Shown piece by piece: positions 1 through 8,530 of a stretch of DNA of 35,267 nucleotides; position 1 is the stretch's first letter, and every line of letters begins with the position of its first letter. Position numbers and translations under genes: made by a program. This DNA is from Victivallaceae bacterium (lineage in GTDB: Bacteria > Verrucomicrobiota > Lentisphaeria > Victivallales > Victivallaceae). The stretch covers positions 1 to 35,267 of the forward strand of contig JAQVVK010000001.1 in assembly GCA_028698975.1 (NCBI GenBank). The letters are read 5' to 3'. The notes under the pieces are model-generated. The model was not told the origin of the DNA. It did no database searches and saw nothing but the letters and a program-made list of their open reading frames with translations.

Positions 1-117
1 GGAGTCGCGCCCCTTCATCGGGCGTATCGCGTCGCGGAGAGTTTGACCGTCGCGCAGCAGAGCGAAACCGGCGTTGCGGCCGGCCAGATCGACTGCGGCG
101 GAAAGGATTGGCTTCAT
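1..117 (-). CDS. tsaB: Probable tRNA threonylcarbamoyladenosine biosynthesis protein TsaB (5' part only, runs off the window)
   Basis: Not in the ORF track. ATG at 117-115 overlaps the lysA TGA (ATGA). Translates MKPILSAAVDLAGRNAGFALLRDGQTLRDAIRPMKGRDS, resembling the TsaB/YeaZ N-terminus (hydrophobic strand-Asp, then a second strand, then R-x-S). Only 39 codons visible. Confidence 0.55.
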   Translation of the reverse strand, partial: MKPILSAAVDLAGRNAGFALLRDGQTLRDAIRPMKGRDS

Positions 118-1334
118 TTTTCCATGCACTCCGAAAGAATTTGTTGGGTCATTTCTTCGACCGATTGGCGGCGTCGCTCCATTATCACGCGACCTTGCGA
201 AATCACCACCTCGGCAGGCATCGGCCGAAGATTGTATATGCCGCCCATCGAGTAACAGTATGCTCCGGCGTTTTCGATCGCCAGGATGTCGTATTCGCGG
301 ATTTCCGGCAGTTCGCGCTGTTCGGCGAAGCGGTCGCCGGTTTCGCAGATATTGCCGCAAACATCGTATATCTGTTTTTTGCCGTCCGGGTTGGAGAGGT
401 TGCGGATATGGTGATAGGCGTTGTAAAGCACCGGCCTTATCAGCTGCGGAAACCCGGAATCACACCCGGCTATGACCCGGCTGCGGTTGTGTTTTATGGT
501 GTTCACCTCGGTGAGCAGCAGACCCGACTCGGCCGCCATATATTTGCCCGGCTCGAAATACATGGCCAGCTTCCGCCCGTAACTTTTGCAGAAATCCTCA
601 AATATACGGGTGATCTCGGCCCCCATCGCCACATAGTCGATGCGATGCTCGTCGGGGCGGTACGGCACCTTGAAGCCGCCGCCGAAATCAAGAAACTGCA
701 GCTCCGGGAAGTTTTCCTGAGTGGCGATCGCCATCAGGTTTTTCATGCTGCGAAACACCGACTCGGCATGTTGCAGGCCGCTTCCGGTGTGTTCGTGCAG
801 GCCGACCACATGCAAGCCGCCCTTTTTGACCAGAGCTTTGACTTCATCGACCGCGTCAAGCAAAATGCCGAACTTGGTGAGATCGCCGCCGGTCATGGTC
901 TTGGCGTTGTCGCCGTCGCATACATCGGGGTTGAATCGCAGACAGAGCGTTGCTCCAGGATGCTGCTCGGCGATCTTGGCCAGCCGCGACAGCGAACCGA
1001 TGTTCATGGTTACGCCGGTGGAAAGTACCTGCTCGAATTCGGCGTCGGTCATGTTGTTGGCGGTGTAGATGATCCGTTCACGCGGGAAGCCCAGTTTCAG
1101 CGCGAAAAAGACTTCGCCGGGGCTTACGGTATCCAGCCCCGCCCCCGCTTCAAGCAGCAGCTTGAGCAGACCGGGGTTGTAATTGGCTTTCATCGCATAG
1201 CGTATCTCCAGCTTCGGATACGGTATGAAACCAAACAGATCGCGGTAACGCTCGACCATCAGGTCGCCGTCATAGACAAAAAGCGGAGTGCCGTATTCGC
1301 CGGCCAGATGTAAAAGCAAAGAGTCGCCGAGCAT
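114..1334 (-). CDS. lysA: Diaminopimelate decarboxylase
   Basis: 406 aa; YGTP, PLP-lysine motif YAMKAN, KFG, HEHTGS, DFGGG, EPGKY, GNICETGD and AGAY motifs of fold-type III PLP decarboxylases. Confidence 0.92.
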   Translation of the reverse strand: MLGDSLLLHLAGEYGTPLFVYDGDLMVERYRDLFGFIPYPKLEIRYAMKANYNPGLLKLLLEAGAGLDTVSPGEVFFALKLGFPRERIIYTANNMTDAEFEQVLSTGVTMNIGSLSRLAKIAEQHPGATLCLRFNPDVCDGDNAKTMTGGDLTKFGILLDAVDEVKALVKKGGLHVVGLHEHTGSGLQHAESVFRSMKNLMAIATQENFPELQFLDFGGGFKVPYRPDEHRIDYVAMGAEITRIFEDFCKSYGRKLAMYFEPGKYMAAESGLLLTEVNTIKHNRSRVIAGCDSGFPQLIRPVLYNAYHHIRNLSNPDGKKQIYDVCGNICETGDRFAEQRELPEIREYDILAIENAGAYCYSMGGIYNLRPMPAEVVISQGRVIMERRRQSVEEMTQQILSECMEK

Positions 1335-1341
1335 GATTTCC

Positions 1342-1692
1342 TCAGTAGTTGGAAACCACGGCCAGCACCTCGAGCGTATCGTCGCCGATGTTGCGGATCG
1401 CGTGGAAGTCGCCGTTGCCGGTCAGCATGGAGTCGCCGGCGGTGAGTTTCACGGCTTCGCCGTTGTCGTTGACTTCGGCGGTGCCGCTTAAAATCACGAA
1501 AATCTCGTCTTCCGAGTCGTGCGGATGCGGCCCGATCGAACAGCCCGGCTCGATGGTCAGTTTGGCGAACATGCGGTTTTTAGACCGCATTTCGGTACCC
1601 GGCTCCCAATAGTGCTCGACCTTGATCGAACCCTTGCCGCCGCGCATTTCGTTGCGGACTTCCTTGCGGTATTCTCCCGCTTTGCGTATCAT
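1342..1692 (-). CDS. Cupin-domain protein
   Basis: 116 aa; cupin metal motifs HPH-x2-EDE-x4-LSG and AGD...H-AIRN; MRGGKG N-terminal motif typical of small bacterial cupins. Confidence 0.85.
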   Translation of the reverse strand: MIRKAGEYRKEVRNEMRGGKGSIKVEHYWEPGTEMRSKNRMFAKLTIEPGCSIGPHPHDSEDEIFVILSGTAEVNDNGEAVKLTAGDSMLTGNGDFHAIRNIGDDTLEVLAVVSNY

Positions 1693-1696
1693 GATG

Positions 1697-3796
1697 TTAT
1701 TTCCCCTCTTTCAACGGTCCGAATATATTACCGTACTTGCGCTCGTTAAGAGCCTCAATGTAGGCGGAAACCTTGGTCTCGGTACTGCACGGGTCGATGG
1801 TCGTATCCACGCAGTCGCCGTCGAGCACCAGAAGCGGCACCGCGGCCTTGTTGAGTTCTTCGCGCAGATGCTTGACAAACGAGGCGTCCGACATCGAGCA
1901 GCGCCCGAAACCGTGGTTGTAGAGGATGCAGCCGTTGAAGCTGATCTTCTTGGCCTCGTCGATGATCGAACGCACCCGCAGCCCGGGGTCCATGAACCCG
2001 GTGGTCATGATCTTGCGGGCCAGCGACCGGTAGGGATCGGCCGGGTCCAGAGGCTGCCAGCCGACGAAGTTGACCTCCTCAAAGACGATCGGCGCATGGC
2101 AGCTGTCCTCGATATAGTCAAGCAGCGCGCTGTCGTAAAACGGCGGCAGGTGGAGCCAGAGCAGCCGGTGGGTGTCTTCGAGTTTGACCGAGTCGCCGAT
2201 CTCTTCGCGTATTTGCAGAAGCTCGGTGTAAAGTTGTTTTTGAATCTCCGCGAGTTCGGGGCGGCCCCAAAGCTGGCTGAAGATGTTGGCGAAATAAATC
2301 GCCTGACTGCCGCGCAGAAGCGGCGGCGAATTGTAACGAAGCTCGTTGCAGAGCTGTGAATAATGACGCGCTTCGTTGGAGTGTTCGCAGGCCTCGGCAA
2401 GTTTTTTCGGGTCCATTTTCAACCCGGTGGCTTTTTCGAGCAGGCGCACCGAACGCTCCAGCTCCTCGGCCAGATGTTCGACCGTCATGCCGCTGTTTTC
2501 GTCGTTGGGCGGCGTCGGAAGCGAGAAGAAATTGTCGTTGATGCCGTAGGCGCGGGCCAGGTCGCGGAAGATGCGCTCTCCCTGCTGGCAGGGCTGGGCG
2601 GTCGATACACAAAAGTCCGGCTTGGGCAGCGGCACGCCCTCGAGCACCCGCAGAAACGAGCAGGTTTCGCCGGAGAAGCCTTTGCAGGCGGCTTTGTCAA
2701 ATGCGCGTTTGATCTTGTGCTGGTTGCGGGCGAAAAGAGCCGCATAGGTTTCGAGCGTAAGCGAACGCACGCCGATCGCGTTCAATACTTCGGTCGGGAA
2801 GAAGAGATTGCGCCAGACCAGCGGCTTGCCCTTGCCCGGCAGCGTGCCGGCGAGGAAGTCCTTGCGGGTGGCGTGGGTGCGCATGTTGATCGACTCCAGA
2901 TTGCGGGTCGGCACCGGTGCGCCGACCGAGTGGTCAAGCCGCCCCTTGAGTTCGGAGAATTCGAGCGCGAGCTTGGCCGCGCCGAGCGCGCCCATCACGC
3001 CGTTGAAATCGGGTATGACGATCTCGTTGCCGGTGATGATCTTGAGGTAATGCGCCACGGCGCGGTTGTAGGCTACGCCGCCCTGAAAGAGGATCGTGCC
3101 TTTGTACCCCAGAAACAGCTCGCCGACGCCGGACATGATGGTGCGGGCCTGAGCGCGGCAGGCTCCGCCGATGATGTCGCCCAGAGGAAAGCGGTTCTTA
3201 AACTTGTTGATGCTGGTGGCCGAAAGCACCGCGCAGACCGATGAAAATTCAAGGTCGCTGTCGTAGTTGGCGCGGTCGGCCATCTCCTCGACCGGCACGT
3301 TGAGTTTGGCGGCGACGCTGTCGAGAAACGCCCCGGTGCCGGCGGCGCAGATGCCGCTCATCTTGTAGTTCCACATGCGCATGTTGTCGTTGAACACCAT
3401 CGCCTTGCTGTCCTGGCCGCCGACGTCGAGGATCGCCTTGACATCGGGGTAGTAGCAGCGCGCGCCCGCCACATGGGCGGTGACTTCGCTCACCCGGAAA
3501 TCATAGGGGAGAAAGTCGGCGGTGTCGGAAACGATCTGGCTGCCGGTCACGACGGTGCAGGCAACGTCGCTCAGACTGGCGACTCCGGCGTCTTGCAGAA
3601 ACTTATCCACCGTCTGGCGGAGCTGGCCGAAATTGCAGGCTCCGCACTTGGAGCATACTCCGGCGCAGCGGACGCGCCCGGTGTCCACCGGTTTGGTGCG
3701 CTGGTAGATGTAGTGACGAACTTTGCCCCGGTCGTTCATCAGGACGGCCTTGAAAGTAGTGCTTCCAATGTCCACCCCGAGGTAGGTCTTTTCCAT
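1697..3796 (-). CDS. Fused ASKHA ATPase activator (BadF/BadG/BcrA/BcrD, HgdC-like) + 2-hydroxyacyl-CoA dehydratase subunit-like (HGD-D) domain
   Basis: 699 aa. N-half: GVDIGSTT, DVGGQDSK, CAAGTG, CAVL, QGGVA, GALGAA. C-half: ETCS, QPCQ, GRCS and LDGDCVD motifs plus RLLWLHLPP, typical of HgdA/B-type subunits. Confidence 0.85.
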   Translation of the reverse strand: MEKTYLGVDIGSTTFKAVLMNDRGKVRHYIYQRTKPVDTGRVRCAGVCSKCGACNFGQLRQTVDKFLQDAGVASLSDVACTVVTGSQIVSDTADFLPYDFRVSEVTAHVAGARCYYPDVKAILDVGGQDSKAMVFNDNMRMWNYKMSGICAAGTGAFLDSVAAKLNVPVEEMADRANYDSDLEFSSVCAVLSATSINKFKNRFPLGDIIGGACRAQARTIMSGVGELFLGYKGTILFQGGVAYNRAVAHYLKIITGNEIVIPDFNGVMGALGAAKLALEFSELKGRLDHSVGAPVPTRNLESINMRTHATRKDFLAGTLPGKGKPLVWRNLFFPTEVLNAIGVRSLTLETYAALFARNQHKIKRAFDKAACKGFSGETCSFLRVLEGVPLPKPDFCVSTAQPCQQGERIFRDLARAYGINDNFFSLPTPPNDENSGMTVEHLAEELERSVRLLEKATGLKMDPKKLAEACEHSNEARHYSQLCNELRYNSPPLLRGSQAIYFANIFSQLWGRPELAEIQKQLYTELLQIREEIGDSVKLEDTHRLLWLHLPPFYDSALLDYIEDSCHAPIVFEEVNFVGWQPLDPADPYRSLARKIMTTGFMDPGLRVRSIIDEAKKISFNGCILYNHGFGRCSMSDASFVKHLREELNKAAVPLLVLDGDCVDTTIDPCSTETKVSAYIEALNERKYGNIFGPLKEGK

Positions 3797-3841
3797 AATT
3801 TCATATCCTGTATGGGTTGTTTCTGTAAAATCGATCAGCTT

Positions 3842-3870
3842 AATATATCACTCGTATGTATTTTTTTCAA
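3842..3870 (-). promoter_or_regulatory. Putative sigma70 promoter for the dehydratase-fusion/cupin/lysA/tsaB operon
   Basis: Minus strand TTGAAA (3870-3865), 17 bp, TATATT (3847-3842), with TG extended -10. Confidence 0.6.
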
Positions 3871-3888
3871 TTATAGGTGTCGCCAAAC

Positions 3889-3917
3889 TGGAAAAATTGC
3901 CATTATGGGGTTATCTT
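3889..3917 (+). promoter_or_regulatory. Putative sigma70 promoter for SNF2/dus
   Basis: TGGAAA (3889-3894), 17 bp, TATCTT (3912-3917) in the AT-rich divergent intergenic region. Confidence 0.45.
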
Positions 3918-3950
3918 ATATGTTCACGGTTTTACACCAACGGAGTTGCG

Positions 3951-6900
3951 ATGAAAAAAAGCTTCGAAGATCGTTTGGCGGAGATCGCCACGCCGATTGA
4001 GATCAAAGCGGCCAAGGCATTGCTCAAGGCCAAAGCCCTGCTCGGCGCATGGCGCGACGCCGCCGGCACCCTGATCGGCTGTTTTCAGGACGGCGGGCTT
4101 GTCCGCGTCGCGGTCAAAACCGGTGAAACCGCTTCCGGAGAGTGTTCGCAGTGCGGCGGCCGCCATCGCAAGCTGTGCCGTCACGCGGTCGCGCTGGTGA
4201 TGTACGGCGGCCGCTTCAATCCGGCGGTGGCGGCGGCCTCGTCGGGCGAGGAAGCCGCCCGCTACTACGGCGGTCTGGTGCGCAAGTCGCTGGCCGAGTT
4301 GATCGAGCGGGCCGCGCCGCCCAAGGCGTGGCTGGAAGTCTTTGCCGAATCGGCTTTTCCCCATGTGCCGAGCAAGTGGGAGACCGCCTCGCTGTCGGTC
4401 AAGATGTATTGCGGCGACCGCAGTTATCTCGGAAACCTCAACAATCTGCGCAAACTTTATTTTGAAAAATCGCTGACCGTCACGCTGAAATTTGAACAGC
4501 TTTCGCTGCAGGAGCAGCAGATCGTGCGTTTTCTGGCGGTGTTTGGAGAGGCCGACAACTCAAAAATTCAACTTGACGCCGAAAACACCACCGAATTCTT
4601 TCATTCGCTGATCGATTTCCCGCGCTTCTACCGCAACGGCCGCCAGCTCAAGGTGCGGCGCGAATCAGCCGAACCGGTGCTGCTGGTATCCGACGGCGAT
4701 CAGCCGCATCTCTCGCCAGGCGTCAAAGTGGCGGGGGCGTTGCTGCCCTGCGCCTCGGCCAAGGTGATTACCGGCCGCTCCGGGTGCTGGATCGGCCACG
4801 AGGGTGAATATTTCTTTATCCCGGCGGTCTGCGAGATCAGCTGGCTCCGTAACTTTTTCCGCTCCGCCGAATTGAAGCCGCCGGCCGGCAAAAGCGTTGA
4901 CGAGTATCTGGCCGGGTTCCCGCTGCCGGTTGTACGCGGCGCAAAACTGGAGACCGAAACCCGTTCCGGCGGGATTCTGCTTGATTGCGAGTTCGGCAAC
5001 GACCGGCTCGATCTTGCGGTGCATTATATTTACGGCAGCGCGTCGGGTGCACTGTCCGCCTTTCCGCCCGGCACCGGGCGGCTGGTGCGCGAAGGCACGG
5101 TCTTTTGGCGGCGCGACGAGGCGATGGAGCGCGAATTTGAAAACGATCTGGAGCTGTTTGGGTTCGAAGGGCGCGACGGCCTCTTCCGTTTGGCCGGTGC
5201 GCTTCAGGCCGGGCTTTTCCTCGACCGCGCTCTGCCCGAAATGCTGCGCCGCCGCCCCGGCCTCTCGCTTTCCGGGCGGCTGGCCGCCATGCTGCGGGGA
5301 GCCGATGGCGTGCCGGGTATTTCGCTTGACTGCCACCTGATCGCTCGCCGCGACGACGGTTTTGCGGTCGGCTACAAACTTGAATCGATGGGAACCCCGC
5401 TGGACTGGAAGGTCTGCCGTGCCGCCGCCGACTCCCGTCTGCCCTACATCATCGTGCCGGGGCGCGGCATCGCGGCTTTGTCCGACGCGGCGGCCGCATT
5501 TTTCCGGGCGGCTCCGGGCGCGATGCGCAAACTTGACGCGGCCGCCCGTTGTTTTGAAGTGCCCGATTTTGCCGCGGCCTATTATACCCGTATCGCCGCC
5601 GCCATGCCGGGGGCGTTGGTGCCGGAGATCGCCGCCGGGCCGCAGATGCGCGACAGCGGCGACCCCGGCCGCCGTTTCGAGTTCAAGGGCGAACTTCGCG
5701 GCTATCAGCGCGACGGCGTCGCCTTTTTGCAGCGCATGACCGACCGCGGACTCAACGCGGTGCTGGCCGATGAAATGGGTTTGGGTAAAACCGTGCAACT
5801 GCTCGCTTTGCTCGCTTCGCGCATGGGGCGTGATTCACTGCCTGCGCTCATCGTCTGCCCGGCGTCGCTGGTCACCAACTGGGAGCGCGAAGCCAACCGC
5901 TTCGTGCCGGACTTCAAGGTATCGGCTCCGGCGACCGGGGTTGACCGCGAAAAACTCTGGAAAAAGCCCGGCAAGTGCAACATCGTGATCTTATCTTATG
6001 CGGCGGCGCGGCTTTCGTCCGACGCGCTGCGTCATCTGCGTTTCAGCTTTCTGGTGCTTGACGAAGCCCAGCACATCAAGAACCCCGGCTCCTGCAACGC
6101 CAAAAACTGCAAGAGCATCGACGCGGATCACCGCATTGTGCTTTCGGGCACGCCGCTGGAAAATTCGCCGGACGATCTTTGGAGCATCATGGATTTTCTG
6201 CATCACGGCATGCTCGGTACGCTGGCCGGGTTCCGGAGGTTCTATTCGGGCATTGCCGGGGATCAGGCGTTGCAGTGCGATCTGGCCGCCCGCACCGGCG
6301 GATTCATACTGCGGCGCACCAAGTCGCAGGTCGCGGCCGATTTGCCGCCCAAGTCGGAGCATATCGTTTTTTGCGAAATGGAGCCGGAGCAGCGCGCATT
6401 GTACGACGCCATGCTGGAGCAGGGCCGCCGGGAGCTGGCCGCGTTGAGCGGAGACAACCGCCGGGGCAACGCCACGGTGTTCACCACGCTGCTGCGCTTG
6501 AGGCAGATATGCTGTCACCCCGCGCTTTTGCCGGACGGGGCGGGGCGGGGCGTGCCGTCGGCCAAGACCGAACTTCTGCTTGAATTGCTGCACGAGCATA
6601 TCGACAGTCATCACCGCATGCTGATGTTCAGTCAATTCACCAGTCTGCTGGCGTTGACCATACCGGAGCTGGAGCGCGACGGTATCGCCTTTGAATATCT
6701 CGACGGCGCGACCAGAAACCGCCAGCAGAGGGTCGATCACTTTAACGAAACCCCGGAAATACCGCTTTTCTTGCTCAGTTTGAAAGCCGGCGGCACCGGG
6801 TTGAACCTCACTTCGGCCGACACGGTCATCATCTACGACCCCTGGTGGAACCCGGCGGTCGAGTTGCAGGCCGCCGACCGCACCCACCGGATCGGGCAAA

Positions 6901-7061
6901 GCCGCCCGGTGAGTACGTTGAAGCTGGTGGTGCGCGATTCGATCGAAGAAAAGATACTTGCGCTTCAGGAAAAGAAGCAGCAGATATTCGACGCGGTGAT
7001 CGACAATCCGGCCGCCGCCTCCTCGCTTAGTATCGACGACCTGAAACTTCTGCTCAACTGA
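3951..7061 (+). CDS. SNF2/SWI2-family helicase with N-terminal SWIM-type zinc finger
   Basis: ATG at 3951 after GGAG preferred over TTG 3897. CSQC...LCRH (SWIM-like), LADEMGLGKT, LDEAQHIKN, LSGTPLEN, LRRTK, FSQF, SLKAGGTGLNL, DPWWNP, QAADRTHRIGQ. Confidence 0.93.
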   Translation: MKKSFEDRLAEIATPIEIKAAKALLKAKALLGAWRDAAGTLIGCFQDGGLVRVAVKTGETASGECSQCGGRHRKLCRHAVALVMYGGRFNPAVAAASSGEEAARYYGGLVRKSLAELIERAAPPKAWLEVFAESAFPHVPSKWETASLSVKMYCGDRSYLGNLNNLRKLYFEKSLTVTLKFEQLSLQEQQIVRFLAVFGEADNSKIQLDAENTTEFFHSLIDFPRFYRNGRQLKVRRESAEPVLLVSDGDQPHLSPGVKVAGALLPCASAKVITGRSGCWIGHEGEYFFIPAVCEISWLRNFFRSAELKPPAGKSVDEYLAGFPLPVVRGAKLETETRSGGILLDCEFGNDRLDLAVHYIYGSASGALSAFPPGTGRLVREGTVFWRRDEAMEREFENDLELFGFEGRDGLFRLAGALQAGLFLDRALPEMLRRRPGLSLSGRLAAMLRGADGVPGISLDCHLIARRDDGFAVGYKLESMGTPLDWKVCRAAADSRLPYIIVPGRGIAALSDAAAAFFRAAPGAMRKLDAAARCFEVPDFAAAYYTRIAAAMPGALVPEIAAGPQMRDSGDPGRRFEFKGELRGYQRDGVAFLQRMTDRGLNAVLADEMGLGKTVQLLALLASRMGRDSLPALIVCPASLVTNWEREANRFVPDFKVSAPATGVDREKLWKKPGKCNIVILSYAAARLSSDALRHLRFSFLVLDEAQHIKNPGSCNAKNCKSIDADHRIVLSGTPLENSPDDLWSIMDFLHHGMLGTLAGFRRFYSGIAGDQALQCDLAARTGGFILRRTKSQVAADLPPKSEHIVFCEMEPEQRALYDAMLEQGRRELAALSGDNRRGNATVFTTLLRLRQICCHPALLPDGAGRGVPSAKTELLLELLHEHIDSHHRMLMFSQFTSLLALTIPELERDGIAFEYLDGATRNRQQRVDHFNETPEIPLFLLSLKAGGTGLNLTSADTVIIYDPWWNPAVELQAADRTHRIGQSRPVSTLKLVVRDSIEEKILALQEKKQQIFDAVIDNPAAASSLSIDDLKLLLN

Positions 7062-7071
7062 GGAGAACCCT

Positions 7072-7866
7072 ATGGAGGTGTGGCCGGGCGCGATGGAGGG
7101 GGTGATGTCGCCTGAATTTGTACAGGCGGCAAATTCGCTTGCCCTCGTGCCGCGCTGGATCACGCCATTTCTGCGTATTTCTCAGGTAGTGCCGCGCCCG
7201 AAACTTTTATCGCGATTTGCCGCGCCGTTTCTGGCGGGGAAAGTGCCGGTGACCATACAGCTTATGGGGGTTGACGTTTCGCCGATGTGCGGAGCGGCGG
7301 AATTTTTTGCCGCCAACGGCGCGGCCGGTATTGATTTGAACTGCGCCTGTCCCAGTCGTCAGGTGATCTCCGGCGGCGCCGGCGGCGGAGCCTTGCGCGA
7401 CCCGACAAGGCTGGTCAATCTGGCCGCCGGGTTGAAGCGGGTTCTGCCGCACACACCGTTTTCGGTCAAGCTGCGGGCGGGCTTCCAAAGCCCGGATGAA
7501 TTGGATCAGCTTATTCCGCGGCTGGCCGATGTCGGGGTTGACCGGTTTTTTGTGCATTTCCGCACGGTTCGGGAGCAATATCTGCCGGTGCCGGGCCGGG
7601 TGGAGCGTTTACAGCATGCGGTCAAACTGGCCGCCGGGGTGCCGGTGATCGCCGGCGGCGACGTCGCTTCAATAATCGAGGCCGAAAGTTTGATCGCCGC
7701 CACCGGAGCGGCGGGCGTTTTTGCCGCTCGCGGCTGGCTGCGCGACCCGTGGCTGCTGCGCCGGATCGAGGGGGCAGCAGGCGGCATACCCGATGTGGAA
7801 ACCGGGCGCGAAAAGGTTTTCTCCGCCGCGAGTGCCGCCGGAGTGACGGGGGGGCGGGGGATTTAG
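7072..7866 (+). CDS. tRNA-dihydrouridine synthase family protein (may extend to 7938 through an in-frame TAG)
   Basis: GAMEGV N-terminal motif, IQLMG, DLNCACP (catalytic Cys), GAGGGAL, SVKLRAG, HFRT, VIAGGDV, ARGWLRDPW; GAGGAG RBS. Confidence 0.85.
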   Translation: MEVWPGAMEGVMSPEFVQAANSLALVPRWITPFLRISQVVPRPKLLSRFAAPFLAGKVPVTIQLMGVDVSPMCGAAEFFAANGAAGIDLNCACPSRQVISGGAGGGALRDPTRLVNLAAGLKRVLPHTPFSVKLRAGFQSPDELDQLIPRLADVGVDRFFVHFRTVREQYLPVPGRVERLQHAVKLAAGVPVIAGGDVASIIEAESLIAATGAAGVFAARGWLRDPWLLRRIEGAAGGIPDVETGREKVFSAASAAGVTGGRGI

Positions 7867-7921
7867 CTTGGCAACTTCATCTGGGGCGGACGCGAACGCA
7901 ATCCGCACTTTGCCGAACTGG

Positions 7922-8530
7922 TCAAAAATTTAATTTGATGATCGCCTGACGCAGCAGTTTGTCGCTGGTCTGTTCGCTTGGCGGCAGCTCGGCCAAAATG
8001 GTTTTGATGGTCTTGTCGATGGCTTCGCGTTTGAAACCGAGCTGCTCCAACGCCAGAGCCGCGTCGTTGGCGGCCGAATTGATCGCTTCTCCGCCGGAAA
8101 CATCGGCGAAAACACTGGGCTTGCCGTCTTGCGAAAGTTTGCCTTTGAGTTCGACGACCAATCGTTCGGCGGTGCGTTTGCCGATACCGGAAATGCGCGA
8201 CAACGCTTTGAGGTCGCCGGTGGAAACCGCGGCGCAGAAGTTGTTGACCGGCATTGCACTCAAAATATTGAGCGCAGTCTTGCCGCCCACCCCGGAAACG
8301 TTGATAAGTTGGCGAAACAGTTCTTTTTCTTCGGTGGTCGCAAACCCGAAAAGCACGATGGCGTCTTCCCGCACCTGGGTAAAAATGAAAAGCGACACCG
8401 ATTCTCCCGGATGCGGCAGCTTGTCAAAGGTCGAGAGCGGTATGGCCGCCTCGTAGCCGACGCCGCCGGCGTCGATGACGCAGAGCGAATATGAGCTTTC
8501 CAGCAGCGTGCCGGTCAACCGCGCGATCAC
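7922..8530 (-). CDS. ruvA: Holliday junction branch migration protein RuvA
   Basis: MIARLTG, GGVGYE, VREDA, LFGF, HhH motifs VSGVGGKTA and ISGIGKRTAER, C-terminal ALEQLGF. Confidence 0.96.
   Translation of the reverse strand: MIARLTGTLLESSYSLCVIDAGGVGYEAAIPLSTFDKLPHPGESVSLFIFTQVREDAIVLFGFATTEEKELFRQLINVSGVGGKTALNILSAMPVNNFCAAVSTGDLKALSRISGIGKRTAERLVVELKGKLSQDGKPSVFADVSGGEAINSAANDAALALEQLGFKREAIDKTIKTILAELPPSEQTSDKLLRQAIIKLNF

Noticed and set aside
108-1313. 401-aa + strand ORF, and similar shadows at 11870-13264, 18074-19504, 20525-21742, 23053-24363
   Set aside because: Mirror-frame ORFs opposite genes with clear family motifs.
3951-7061. SNF2 helicase as part of an anti-phage defence system
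   Set aside because: Neighbours are housekeeping genes, there is no methylase, nuclease or DISARM/Zorya-type partner, and the SWIM-SNF2 architecture is a common stand-alone bacterial type.
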